Program-made: the position numbers and the translations under genes
In this document: positions 26,716 to 40,210 of the stretch, one piece after another
Layout: each line of letters begins with the position of its first letter
How positions within the stretch are numbered: position 1 is the first letter of the stretch
Notes under the pieces: model-generated
Seen by the model: only the letters and a program-made list of their open reading frames with translations
Databases searched by the model: none
Told to the model about the DNA's origin: nothing
From: Octopus sinensis
Taxonomy: Eukaryota
Assembly: GCF_006345805.1 (NCBI RefSeq)
Contig: NC_043004.1
Coordinates: forward strand, 76,570,001-76,634,000
DNA: 64,000 nucleotides
Direction: 5' to 3'

Positions 26716-27623
26716 TTTTCTTTCTGTCCATCTGTCATACTCTAATCTCTCATCACTGAACACAAAGTCACCCCCCACTCTCAAAGGTTATCCCTCCTCT
26801 GGTAATCCCTCCTCTCAAAGGTTCCTTGTCTTGCAGGGTTTCCTGGTGACATTGCAGGTGCCATGTAAAAAGCATCCTGTCCACACTGCAAAGTAGTTGG
26901 CATTTTGAATGACACTGAGCTGCAAAAAAAAACCATGCCACAGCAGGCCTTGCTGGTGGTGGTGCCACGTGAAACGCACCACAATACCACCACCACCATT
27001 AGCACCACAAGCACTACTAGCTCAACAAACACCACCATCACCACAGGTAACGTTAGGACTATCAGCACCATGACCACCACGACCACCATGACCACCACTA
27101 GCACAACCACAACAACCACCACCACCACTAGCACTACAAAGACCTCAAATTTTGGTGGTGGTGTTGGTGGTTCTGGTCGTGCTTGTGGTGCTAGTGGTAG
27201 TGGTGGTGCTATTGGTGTTGCTAGTGTTGTTGGTGGTGTAAGTCATACTTGTGGTGCTAATGTTGGTGGTGGTAGTGGTGCTTGTGGTGGTGGTGCTTGT
27301 GTTGTTGATGGTGCTAGAAGTGCTGGTGTTGGTTGTGCTGGTAGTGCTAGTAGTTCACTCTGTAGAGTGGTTGGCATTAATAAGGGCATCCAGCCACAGA
27401 AACTATGCCAAAACAGACAAATGGAACTTGGGGCAGTCTTCCGCCTGGCCAGCTCCTGTCAAACCATCCAACCTATGCCAGTATGGAAAATGGATGTTAA
27501 ATGATGATGATGATGATGATGATGATGACAATGACGACGACAACGATGATGATGATGACGATGACGATGGTGGTGATGATGATGACGACGACGACGACAA
27601 TGATGGTGATGATGATGATGATG

Positions 27624-27665
<42 letters not shown>

Positions 27666-27866
27666 GGCAGCAGATTTAAGGAGACTGGGAAAACAACTAA
27701 ATATTATTTGGAAGGTTTTAATATAAGTATAAACACCCATGCCAGCCTGTCCAACCCATGCCAGCATGGAAAATGGATGTTAAACGATGATGATGATGAC
27801 GACGATGATGACAACGACGACGAGGATGATGATGATGATGACGATGGTGATGATGATGATGATGAT

Positions 27867-28290
27867 ATATTGTAGTGTAATAATAAGGTAGGAGTGCTCT
27901 CTAGTCTAAGTAAAATGGCAGAGATATAATGGTTCCAACGAAAGACAGGGGTGTCTCTTGGTGTTATGTAAGAGAGCAGTGACATTGAGGTCTGACAAAA
28001 GACGGGAGTGCATTCTAGTTCGATGTTAGACAGTAGCAATATTGTGGCCTAACAAAAGACAGGAGTATACTCTGGTCTAATGTAAACTAGCAGCGACATT
28101 ATAGTCTAATAAAAGAGAGGAATGTACGCTTGTCAAAAAGAAGCCAACACTGATATCATGGTTTGATAAAAGACAAGAGTGTACTCCAGTCACATGTTGG
28201 ATGATAGTGATATTGTGGTTTAATAAGAGAGAGTACTGTACTCTAGGCTTATGTAAGATAGCAGTGATATTACAGTCTAACAGGAGAATA
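27867..28290. repeat. Diverged tandem array of exactly 57-bp units (about 7.5 copies)
   Basis: Unit anchors at 27981, 28038, 28095, 28152, 28209, 28266; GGAGTG/AAAGAC motifs extend the phase two more units upstream. Confidence 0.85.
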
Positions 28291-28485
28291 GTGTGGTAAT
28301 GTGTTCTAATGAGAGACAGTAGCCTTACTATGGTCGAAGAGCCAACAGGAATGATATATCGGTTGATGTTGAATAATGTTGTTTTAATTGAAGATGGTGG
28401 AAATTTATGGAATAGAATTGCAATTTTGTGATCTCAGACATTCAGAGCCTAATGTTTGATTTTGTATTTTAATTCAGCTTCTGTG

Positions 28486-28535
<50 letters not shown>

Positions 28536-28888
28536 TGTGTGCATGCGGGTGAGATATCTATAGCAGTGCATTGTTGTATCACATTGGACTGCAGTATGCA
28601 GTGTTCTGCAACACAGCTTTACATTTGAATACATTAACATATGTCTGTGTGTCCATCATCCATTCTATTACACATAACACACACACACACACACACAGAG
28701 GCAAATATCAACCGACTATACACATAATACACTCTCACGGCTGCATACAACTTCATATATACACTCTCACACGTGCACATTCATACATATAGACATATAC
28801 ATACACACACGCACACTCTTGTATCTGCACACATGTCTTATAAATACAACACAATCTAAGTGGTTATTTCACAACACACACACACACA

Positions 28889-28924
<36 letters not shown>

Positions 28925-29299
28925 GAGAGAGAGACGGTGTGACATTGGGAGAGAGAGAGAGAGGTAGATAGATAGACAGATAGATAGATAGATAGATAGG
29001 TAGTCACACACACACATATTCATACCTGATTTAGATATAGACACACATATATACACGTATTCCGACATTACAAATTCACGTACCCATAAAATATGTACAT
29101 GCAGAAGAGACAACCCTATAAAATCACACATACACACACACACACGTACTAATGCTTAAATTCCACCCCCACAGATAACAGGCCATATACAATACGCATA
29201 CATGAATGCATGCAATAATGGGAGGATGGTGGAAGAGGGTGATGGAGGAGATGGAGATGAAGGGAACTACGGCAGCTACCATTGCTATTCATTCAAGCT

Positions 29300-29322
29300 T
29301 CACTCTCCCTTTCTCTCTCTGT

Positions 29323-29357
<35 letters not shown>

Positions 29358-29625
29358 CTTCACTCAGTCATTGTCTTACTTTCATGCTCTCCCTCTCTCC
29401 TTTCTCACGTTTTCACTCTCCCCTTTCTAAATCTCTCTCTTCTCATTCTCTATCTGTCTGTCTGTCTCTCTCTCTCTCTCTCACACACACAGCTCTTCCT
29501 CTCTTCTGCACTCTCTCACTCACACTCTCTCTTTCTCTATCTCTTCCCTCTTCTCTCTCTCCTCTTTTTTCTCCCTCCTTCAATCTATCCAGATATCCAT
29601 CACATTTCCTCTCTCTCCCTCTATC

Positions 29626-29662
<37 letters not shown>

Positions 29663-29740
29663 CTATCCATCCATCATGCTCTCTCTCTCTCTCTCTCTCT
29701 CTCGCTCTCTCTTCCTCTCCCCCTCTCCATCTATCTTTCT
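29300..29740. repeat. Polypyrimidine (CT)n-like tract
   Basis: Direct reading. Confidence 0.9.
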
Positions 29741-30184
29741 ATCTATTCGGTACAAAGCCTGATGCTGTGAACTGTCAGGTACCACTGATGGAATGTTATC
29801 GGAGGAAGGAGGTGGATCGATGGATTTGATCTGCTGTCTACATCATTGTGACGTAGACAGCAGATTGGGTTAGTATTAATCCTTCTACACAGGCTGTGTC
29901 TACTTCGGTGTTGGCTATATATGGATTGATTTTTGTCTGCTAATGTCTTCAACTTGTACTCTCACACATTACTTTGCACCTTTCCATCCATTTCTATGCT
30001 CTCTCTCTCTCTCTCTCTCTCTCTTTCTATATATATATATATTAATATATTCAAAGATATTAAATGATGAGATGTGAGTGTGTGTATACACACACTCACA
30101 CACACAAACATATATATATATTTATATATACATGTGTGTGTGTGTGTATGTGTATATATATATATACATATGATATGGTATATG

Positions 30185-30216
<32 letters not shown>

Positions 30217-30966
30217 TTATGTATAAAAGAAAATATGTATATATATATATGTGTATATGTGTGTGTGTATGTAATGTATATATGTACATATATACACATG
30301 TACATATTCACACATATATATGTATGTATGCGCACCTTTCTCTCCATATATCTCTCTTACTCTCTCAGACCGCCTCCCCCCCTGCTGTTTCTTTACCAAT
30401 TCCACAGTCTGCATCTTTCTCAATTCATTAGTTTCCCTCCTACACAAACTGCCCTTACCTTGTTACTCATTACAATGTCTCTTTTACCTCCAGGTTTATT
30501 TACATCTCAGTAAATTCTTAAGACTAACATACAACTCGTTTTATATTAAAAAGTCTTTTTCCAGACAAAATGTCCTCTTTTGTTTTTGTACTTTCTAATA
30601 TGAAAATCTAAGACTTGTTAGCCACACACACACACACATAAGAAGACAAAGGGAGACTCTTAGTCTTCAAAGTCTTTCTTTATCATCTTATTTGGATTAT
30701 GTTTTACTCTTTGCTAAACCCACACAAAAAATGGTTTTTACTGTTATGAAGCCTGGATTTTCTACACCTGAAGAATTTCAATATTGGACTGGAATCAAAC
30801 AGTGCAGATAGCCTAAAGGTCAGGTTGAGTGCTGCATTGGAAATATGCCCTCTGTCTTTCAACCTTCACAGGACCTCATATATATGTGTGTGTGTGTGTG
30901 TATGGCAAATGAAAGACGAAATATGGAATATACAAGAATTTATTATTATTATTATATGTATAATTT

Positions 30967-31010
<44 letters not shown>

Positions 31011-31011
<1 letters not shown>

Positions 31012-32121
31012 CTTTCATGTGCGGCAGATGCACAGGGACAAACACAACAGACACTCAGAAAACAGATTCCATCACACTCCAGGGAGAGAAACTAGAAGTA
31101 GTTGATAGTTTCCGCTACCTGGGTGACCATTAGTAGCGGAGGTGGATGCACAGAGAGTATCACCACTAGAATACGAATAGCCTGGGCAAAGTTCAGAAAG
31201 CTCCTACCCCTACTGGCAACAAAAGGTCTCTCCCTCAGAGCAAAAGGTAGATTGTATGATGCATGTGTGCGAACTGCCATGCTTCACGGTAATGAAACAT
31301 GGGCTGTGACTGCAGAAGAATGCGTTAGACTTGAAAGAATGAAGCTAGCATGATCCGCTGGATGTGTAGTGTCAGTGTGCACGCAAAACAGAGTGTAAGT
31401 ATCCTGAGAGAAATGCTGGATATAAGAAGCATCAGATGTGGTGTGCAAGAGCGACGCTTGCGATGGTATGGTCATGTGCTGCGGATGGATGAAGAAGATG
31501 TGTGAAGAAGTGCCACTCCCAAACAGTTGAGGTATCAGGGGGAGAGGTAGACCCAGGAAGACATGGGATGAGGTGGTCAAGCATGACCTCAGAGCATTGG
31601 GCCTCACTGAGGCAATGGCGAAGGACCGAGATTTTGGAGATATGCTGTGACTACAAAGACCCGGCTGCTTTCTGCAGCAATTCCACATACCCCCTACCAT
31701 TCTAAGTACCCCGGACCCCAAGAGGCAATGGCGAAGGACCGAGATCTTTGGAGATATGCTGTGACTACAAAGACCCGGGCTGCTTTCTGCAGCAATTCCA
31801 CATACCCCCTACCCATTCTAAGTACCCCGGATCCCCAAAGTACCCCGGACCTCGTTGCCCCCGTGCCGCTGACACGTTAAAATGCTCGAACCGATCGTGA
31901 CGATGCCGGACCCTCCGGCCCCTGTGCAGGTGGCACGTAAAAAGCACCCAATCCACTCTCGGAGTGGTTGGCGTTAGAAGGGCATCCAGCCGTAGAAAAC
32001 CTGCCAGATTCAGACTGGAGCCTGGAGCGGCCCCTGGCTTCCCAGACCCGGTCGAACCGTCCAACCCGTGCTAGCGCGGAAAGCGGACGTTAAACGATGA
32101 TGATGATGATGATGATGATGA
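31011..32121 (+). mobile_element. 5'-truncated RTE-clade LINE (RT thumb/C-terminus, 3' UTR, (GAT)n tail)
   Basis: Across frameshifts: FMCGRC...VDSFRYLGD/ISSGGGC...RIRIAWAKFRKLLPLL...YDACVRTAMLHGNETW...RRLRWYGHV...RGRPRKTWDEVVKHDL. These are RTE-clade motifs. Confidence 0.92.
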
Positions 32122-32149
32122 TTCCAGTCAGCATTTCTTGTTCTTTTAT

Positions 32150-32187
32150 TTTTCTCTGATGAAGGACTATTGTCTGAAATGTCACAA
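32150..32187 (+). ncRNA. Degenerate minimal hammerhead motif
   Basis: CTGATGA(32156-62)-A-GGAC(TATT)GTCT-GAAA-TGTC. Core intact, GUC triplet, stem I only partly paired. Confidence 0.5.
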
Positions 32188-32280
32188 CTCTTTCCCTACT
32201 TTAAAACCATTAAACTAAAGCAGCATTTGTTAAAACTTTTCCACCTTGTGTTGAATTCTTTTTCTGCTCATTGCCTATCA

Positions 32281-32309
32281 TATACGTATGTATGTATGTA
32301 TGTACGTAC

Positions 32310-32340
<31 letters not shown>

Positions 32341-32413
32341 TGTATGTATGTATGTATGTATGTATGTATGTATGTATGCATGTATGTATGTATGTATGTA
32401 TGTATGTACGTAC

Positions 32414-32444
<31 letters not shown>

Positions 32445-32510
32445 TGTATGTATGTGTGTGTGTGTGTGTATGTATGTATGTGTGTGTATACATGTATGTG
32501 TGTGTGTGTA
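32281..32510. repeat. (TATG)n microsatellite
   Basis: Direct reading. Confidence 0.95.
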
Positions 32511-32716
32511 TGACAGACAGGTATATTAGACGCACCCCACTTTCAGCAGGACCGATTCAGGATAAAAGCTTTTAGTGTATTAATGAACACAATATAACAC
32601 CCATTTTACATATGAGACCCAAGCTGATTTTTCTGAGACATTTTTTCAGCAAAAAAATGTGTTTTATATGACATCAAATTGGATGCTAGCATGTATATTG
32701 CAATATTTATTCTGAC

Positions 32717-32756
32717 TAAGGCAGCGAGCTGGCAGAAATGTTAGCACGCCAGGTGA
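32717..32756 (+). mobile_element. Isolated head of SINE family A fused to the LINE that follows
   Basis: AAGGCAGCGAGCTGGCAGAAATGTTAGCACGCCAGGTGAAA matches the head at 38152; the rest of the SINE is absent. Confidence 0.8.
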
Positions 32757-35575
32757 AAAGCAAATCACTATACGTACTACCAAAGCAAATCATTATACGT
32801 CCCACCAACAGGAAGTAAAGAAGGAGATAGAAATGATGTTTGGAAACAGCAAAAAGAGGACACTCACTTGCAAACTGATGACCCTCAAGCAGGAGCTAAA
32901 AGCTGTCAATGAAAAACTCTGACATCAGAAGAGCACAACTGAGAGAAGAACAATAAAGAAAAAATGTAACCACAACCAGGCAGCAGTATACAGAGACATG
33001 AGAGGAGGAGCAATAAATATCATGGAAGCTCCTTCATGAGAAGACATAGACTCCTTATCGAGGAAAATCTGGAGTGAAGAGGAGGAATTTAACTAAGATG
33101 CTCTGTGGCTGGAAGAAATCTGAAAAAGTTATTCTTCCTGCATTACATCCAAGACACACAACATTGATGGTGAGACTCTTGCAGCTGTGATCCAGAAACT
33201 CCAGGATGGAAAAGCATCCGGAAGAGACTTGATTGTTGGATATTGGAACAAGAAGTTAACATTCTACTGACCACACCTTATCAATCTGTACCAGCAAGCT
33301 TTCATTGGGAACAGTAGTATATCACACTGGCTAGCTCTGGCAGAGACAAAATTGATCCCCAAATGCAGAACCACCCACATGGCAAAAAACTACCGGTCAA
33401 TTGCATGCCAGAAATTAATGTATAAGATATATACAGCATGTTTGAACTTCTTCCTCCAAGACTTTTGTGAAACCTATAACATTATCACAGCAGAACAAGC
33501 AGCTGGGAAGAAGGGAGTCTGGGGATGTGCCGAGCAATTGTTAATCAACAAAACTGTGATGTCAGAGGTGTGAGAGAATAGGAAGAACCTAGCTTCAATG
33601 TGGATAGATTACAAGAAAGCCTTTGACTCTGTTCCCCACTCGTGGATGCTTCAAATTGCTAAAGTTCCAGTGAGAATAGTCAAAGCCATAGCTGACCTGA
33701 CTTCCTCATAGGCCACCATCTTGAAATTAAGCACAAAGAATGGCTGTATTATCACAGATGGAATACAGCATCGCAAAGGCATATTCCAAGGAGCAGCCTC
33801 TCTCTGATGTTGTTTATACTTTCTGTAAAGCCCTTGTCATTCATGTTAAGGAAGTCTGAAGGATATCCCACTGGTTCACAAGGAAACAGAAATACCAAAA
33901 TTACACACTGTTTCTTTGTGGATGACTTAAAACTTTATGCAAAGAATATGCATGAGATGAAAAAGAGCCTTGACCTAGTTACAACATCCTCAAAGGATGT
34001 AGGGTTGGAGTTTGGTCAGCATAAATGCTGTTATATGGTTGTTAAAAGGGGAAAAGCTATAAACCAGACTAGTAACATCTCCATCAATGATTTGACTGTT
34101 TCCCCAGTATCTGACGGGGAATGTCTGAGGTATCTACGGGTGAATGAAATATAGCTTACACTGGCACGTGTAACAAAACACGTGTCCTAAAGAATATTAC
34201 AGCCGAATAAAGAAAATTTGGACCTCAGGACTCTCTGCATTCAATAAAACAGTGGCCTGCAATGTGTTTGCAGTGCCAATACTCATACTAACATTTGGGC
34301 TGCTTGATTGGACGCTTGATGAGATCCGAGCCATTGATGTGGAAACCCAAAAAATACTAACAAGCACACATAATTTCCACATAAAAAGTGACATAGACCG
34401 CCTCTACCTAAAATGAAAACAAGGTGGAAGAGGCCTAACATCGATCCAAAATGTCTTTGAATGTCGTATCATATCCCTTCGGCAACATCGTTTAACCACC
34501 AAGTGTCAAAGTGCATCCCTTGACCAAGTTTGCAAAGATGAGGATGATAATATCATAAGACTTGGAAGGCAGTTTCTTGAGCAAAATTCTTTGTCTGATA
34601 ACCTAGAATATATGCGCAAAAAAGTCACACGACTTTACCACAACGTATCATCAGATGAAAGGATGAGCCAATATGAGCAGAAGACTATGCAGGGATAAGT
34701 TAGTAGAAAGCTCCAAGATGATAGAAACATTGATCATCAAAGCAGTTTATCATGGACCAATAGCCGGATTTCTACCTTCCACTTTGAAGGGTATGTGTTT
34801 GCAATCCAGGAACAGGAAATATTAACCAAGTACCTGATGCACAAAAGGAATAGAGGTGCAGGAAAAGCCATAAAATGTGACAACCAATGCAGACTTTGTG
34901 GAGTTGACACTGAAGATATCACCCACATCATAAGCAATTTCCCGAAAATGTCACCACGGTATGATCCACTGATGAGACATGACACTGTAGCTAGGATACT
35001 CTATAATGAAATCTGTTGGAAGGATAATCCTGAGGATAAAAGAAATAAAAACCCGCAGTATAGTAGAATCCATAGCCACTCATAATGAAAAGGAATTACT
35101 GATGGAATGTCCCACTGAAGACCTCAATAAAATGTAAGCACAACAGACCTGATATAATGATTTGAGATAGAGAAGAGAAACTGTGCACAGTTGTGGAAAT
35201 TAACTGCCCATCGGATGTTAATATAAAGCTGAACATCAGTGAAAAGGAGAATACCTTTGCTGAACTATTGAGAAACCTGAAGTTACTCTATCCATATTAC
35301 AAGTTCAGGTTCATACCTGTAATTATTGGAGCCCTGGTATATGTAACACGCTGCCTAAATATGAATCTTGAGAAATTAGGCTTCTCAAGACCAGAAAGGA
35401 GAAAGCTAATTTGGAGACTAGAGATCCAATCCATCACTGGAACTGTAAAAATCTGTAAAACTTTCCAGAAGTTTATTATTTAAATATATATGAGTATGTC
35501 TAGATATGCAACTAAATGTGAGAGAATACACACATAAAACATACAAATCTGCATATCCATCCATACATACATACA

Positions 35576-35608
<33 letters not shown>

Positions 35609-35943
35609 ACATATACATACATATATTTATATATATATATATATAAATACATATACATACATATATTTATATATATATATATATAAATATATATGAGCAT
35701 GTCCAGATATGCAACTATATGCATGATAATACATACATAAAACATACATACATACATACATACATACATACATACATACATACATACGTACATACGTACA
35801 TACATACATACATACATACATACATTCATACATACAAAAATACCCTGTTGGTGTTGTTGAAATTCCACCGAAGGAACTTTGGATCTTTGTTAGAAACTGG
35901 TTTTTCCTCCATTGGCAAGAAATCTTGAAATAAACTGAATAAT
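32757..35943 (+). mobile_element. 5'-truncated, degraded R4/Dong-type non-LTR retrotransposon (RT plus restriction-like endonuclease)
   Basis: WIDYKKAFDSVPHSW (33601), GIFQG (33778), FVDDLKLY (33915), AIQEQEI, CRLCGVDTEDITHIISN zinc knuckle (last C mutated to F), RHDTVA, HNRPDIM...EINCP...EKEN, FIPVIIGAL. Many stops and frameshifts. 3' UTR ends GAAATAAACTGAATAAT. Confidence 0.9.
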
Positions 35944-36031
35944 GGACATACAAACTTGCATTCATACATACATATACACACATACAAGCTCATTTAACTA
36001 CGCCTACATAATATTTTCGTTTGCGGTATTC

Positions 36032-36117
36032 ATTTACGTGTGCTTGTCTTCCATATTTTATTTACGTGTGCTTGTCTTCCATATTTTTTCATTTAGGCGT
36101 GTTTGTCTTCCATATTT
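36032..36117. repeat. Three copies of a 28-31-bp minisatellite
   Basis: ATTTACGTGTGCTTGTCTTCCATATTTT at 36032 and 36060, diverged copy at 36091. Confidence 0.85.
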
Positions 36118-36521
36118 CTGCGCTGCCATAATTTACCCCCTGTTAGACAATTGTTTTGACAGCTTAATGTCTTGCTTATTATTAAACACAACCAAAACTT
36201 ATTCACAGGCTTACCACAAGCTCTGAACTTCATAATCTTGTTTGACCTTTCAGGAGAACCTCTTTGTCCGTAATTTGTATTATATTCAAGACTTTATCCT
36301 CAAAATTTAGGCTTCCTTCACCGATGACCAGACGACCTTACCACGTGGTACAGATAGCCTGGATGAACTGATTACGGGGCAAACATGTCTAATGCTGAGG
36401 TGGCAGGGCACGTGATAACAGGATAACGGCCAGAAAATGGCCAACACAAACATGGACTTGCAAGCAGGGAGGGGGGAAGAGAGGAGGGGGAAAGCTCTTT
36501 CTATTGTCTTTCTGTATGTAT

Positions 36522-37302
<781 letters not shown>

Positions 37303-37565
37303 GTTCCTTAATCCAAACCCCTTCAGTACCTCTACCTGTCTTTTCTCACCCCCACCCCAATGTCACACTCTTCAAATTCCAAAATCACACAGTTTGTCCA
37401 GTAGGTTTCTCCTTAGGGTTTTTCTGCCACTCTTTCCACCTTCAGGAGTTCGAGTTGTAGCGTTAACAAGGTTGATCCCATTTTCTCTGAGACTGGAAAA
37501 TGAAAGCTTTGAAATGAGAACAGCCCATCTCCTCCTCCTCCTCCTCCTCCTCCTCCTCCTCCTCC

Positions 37566-37594
<29 letters not shown>

Positions 37595-37617
<23 letters not shown>

Positions 37618-37845
37618 CATTATCATCATCATCTTTGTCATTTAACATCCTTGTCCTGAGCTTGTATAAGTTGGACAGTTTGACACGGTCTGGTGAGCTG
37701 TACGGTGGTATATCAGACCCCCAATGTCAGCTTTGGCATAGTTCCTATGGCTGGATGCTCTTCCTAATGTGGACCACTTTATAGAGCGTACTGGGTGCTT
37801 TTTATGTGGCACCGGCACTGGTGAGGTCACCAAGTAACATGAAAG
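37595..37845 (-). mobile_element. RTE LINE 3'-end fragment
   Basis: Reverse complement of the RTE 3' UTR with (ATC)n tail. Confidence 0.8.
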
Positions 37846-38151
37846 GCAGAAAAGAACAGAGAAAAAGGGAAAAATAAAACAATTGTGGGAGAGTATTTAA
37901 TTGGAGGAGGTGGATATATGCCAGATGTTAAGGGCTAAAATATGATAAGAGGGACAAGCATTGGTTTCTTGCTATATAGAAGAGATATAGTTGAGAGAGA
38001 GAGAGATGCTTTGTTCAGAGGCAATAAACAACATCTGCAGCAAAGTTTGAACTCATGACCATGCTCTCAGTAATCAACCACACTTAATACTGAACCACAT
38101 TTCACACATTTCTGTAGTACATTGTATCTGTCGTTAATATTTATCCCCACT

Positions 38152-38688
38152 AAGGCAGAGAGCTGGCAGAAATGTTAGCATGCCGGGTGAAACGCTTAGT
38201 GGTATTTCGTCTGCTGCTATGTTCTGAGTTCAAATTCCGCCGAGGTCGACTTTGCCTTTCATCCTTCTGGGGGTCGATAAATTAAGTACCAGTTACGCAC
38301 TGGGGCTGATGTAATCAACTTAATCCCTTTGTCTGTCCTTGTTTGTCCCCTCTGTGTTTAGCCCCTTGTGGGTAGTAAAGAAATAGGTATTTCGTCTGTC
38401 TTTACATTCTGAGTTCAAATTCTGCCAAGGTTGACTTTGCCTTTCATCCTTTTGGGGTCGATTCCTTAAGTACCAGTTGCGTACTAAGGTTGAACCAATC
38501 AATTGGCCCCTCCCCCAAAATTCTGGGCTTTGTACATAGAGTAGAAAAGAATAAAAGGTGGCAAACTGGCAGAAACATTAGCACACCAGGCAAAATGCTT
38601 AGCGGTATTTCGTCTGTCTTTATGTTCTGAGTTCAAATTCTGCCGAGGTCGACTTTGCTCTTAATCCTTTTCGGGTTGATAAATTAAG
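38152..38688 (+). mobile_element. SINE family A dimer plus a further truncated copy
   Basis: Head at 38152, junction at 38385, tail to about 38550, new head at 38556 cut off at 38688 by a foldback element. Confidence 0.9.
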
Positions 38689-38941
38689 TGGAAGGTGTTT
38701 ATAAGCCATTTAAGAAACACACAAAAACCGTTAGATTCACTTCAACATTAAAATTTAATTTGCCAAAATATTTTCGTTGCTTTGAGACCGCGACCTGTTC
38801 ACTGACAAAATTCCGTGCTGCATCAGTGATCAGTGAGCAGGTCGCGGTCGGAAAGCAACGAAAATATTTTGGCAAATTAAATTTAAATGAAGTGAATCTA
38901 ACAGTTTTTGTGTGTTTTAAAGGGCTTATAAACACCTTCCA
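38689..38941. mobile_element. Foldback element, about 115-bp inverted arms with 24-bp spacer
   Basis: TGGAAGGTGTTTATAAGCC...GACCGCGACCTGTTCACTGA / TCAGTGAGCAGGTCGCGGTC...GGCTTATAAACACCTTCCA. Confidence 0.8.
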
Positions 38942-39012
38942 TGCTGCAATTGTTTTTGTTGCAGCACACGATCTCAGATCAAGTCACGTGCTATGCAAGT
39001 ACATCTCTGTAA

Positions 39013-39405
39013 TCTCTATATATATGAAGCTTAAGTTGTCTGTGTATGGCAGGTTTGGTAGCCTTCAACTAACACTATCTCCTCCGAGACACTGTGGCGC
39101 AAGTTGACCAAAATTGAGAGTATGATAGAAGAAGGCTTGCTCTTCTGTACGTAGAAGAAAAAATTCAAATCGGACCATGTTAACACCAAAAATTATTTAC
39201 ATCTAAAAGGTGCTTTTTTTTCTATGAAAATCCCTATTTTTTACGATTTCTTGACTGCTGTGTCGCCATTTTTCGGTGTATTTCAACCAGAAAAATGTTC
39301 ACTTAAAGAGAATAACAAGCTACATAATGCCAAATTTTTACTTTTCAAAAATTCCAATTCTAAAGGGCTGAAACAAATCCGAGCAACGCCGGGCGATACT
39401 GCTAG
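39013..39405 (+). mobile_element. Non-autonomous Helitron-like element, family 2
   Basis: A|TCTCTATATATATGAAGC start, subterminal CCGAGCAACGCCGGG hairpin, CTAG|T end; second copy at 45707-46080. Confidence 0.85.
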
Positions 39406-39804
39406 TATAATAATAAAGTCCTTAAAAATAAAAACCCCCTCCAAGTTTTAGTGCTTACATCCATCCAAATTACAGCAAATCATATTCTTGTTTTCAGAAT
39501 ATCTTCATCTTCTGCACACAGCAACACCATAACATCGTTTATGAAATTTGCATGTCTCTGATGTCATTAGCTGCAAGACTCGTTAGCAAAATGTGTGGCA
39601 GTATTTCTTTCAGCTCATTACTTTTTGAGTTCAAATTCTGCTGAGGCTTTCACCCTTTTAGGATCAAGAAAACAGGTACTAGTCAAGTATTGGGGTTCCA
39701 ACTCCCTAAAATTGCTGGCCTTGTGCCAAAATTGGAAACAAAATATTACATCAGTCTTGCAGTTGTTTGTTTCAGTTTATGATTAGTCGAGACTTATCTC
39801 CCTA

Positions 39805-40210
39805 AGAATGTGTGTGAGTGTGTGACAGAGTGTGAGTGTGTCTCAGAGTGTGAGTGTGTGACAGTGTGAGTGTGTCTCAGTGTGAGTGTGTGTGTGAGTG
39901 TGTGACAGAGTATGTGTGAGTGTGTGTGTGAATGTGTGCATGCGAATGTGTGTGTGTAAGTGTGTGACAGAGTGTGAGTGTGTGACATAGTGTGTGTGAG
40001 TGTGTGTGTGCATGTGACAGAGTGTGTGTGAGTGTGTGTGTGAATGTGTGCATGTGAATTTGTGTGTGAATGTGTGTGTGTGAATGTGTCTGTGTGTGTG
40101 GTATTGTGAGTGTGTGTGAGTGTGTGTGTGGGTTTATGTGTGAATGTGTGTGAATGTGTATGTGTGTTATTGTGTATGTGTGTGTTTGTGTATGTGAGTG
40201 TGTGTGCATA
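39805..40210. repeat. Degenerate (TG)n/(TGAG) array
   Basis: Direct reading. Confidence 0.9.

Noticed and set aside
27867-28290. Possible CRISPR-like array
   Set aside because: Whole units are homologous (no unique spacers), repeats are not identical, the context is eukaryotic and there are no cas genes.
36355-36400. CCTGGATGA...CAAACATGTC as a hammerhead
   Set aside because: Core has an insertion, GAAA is mutated, and stems I and II cannot be formed.
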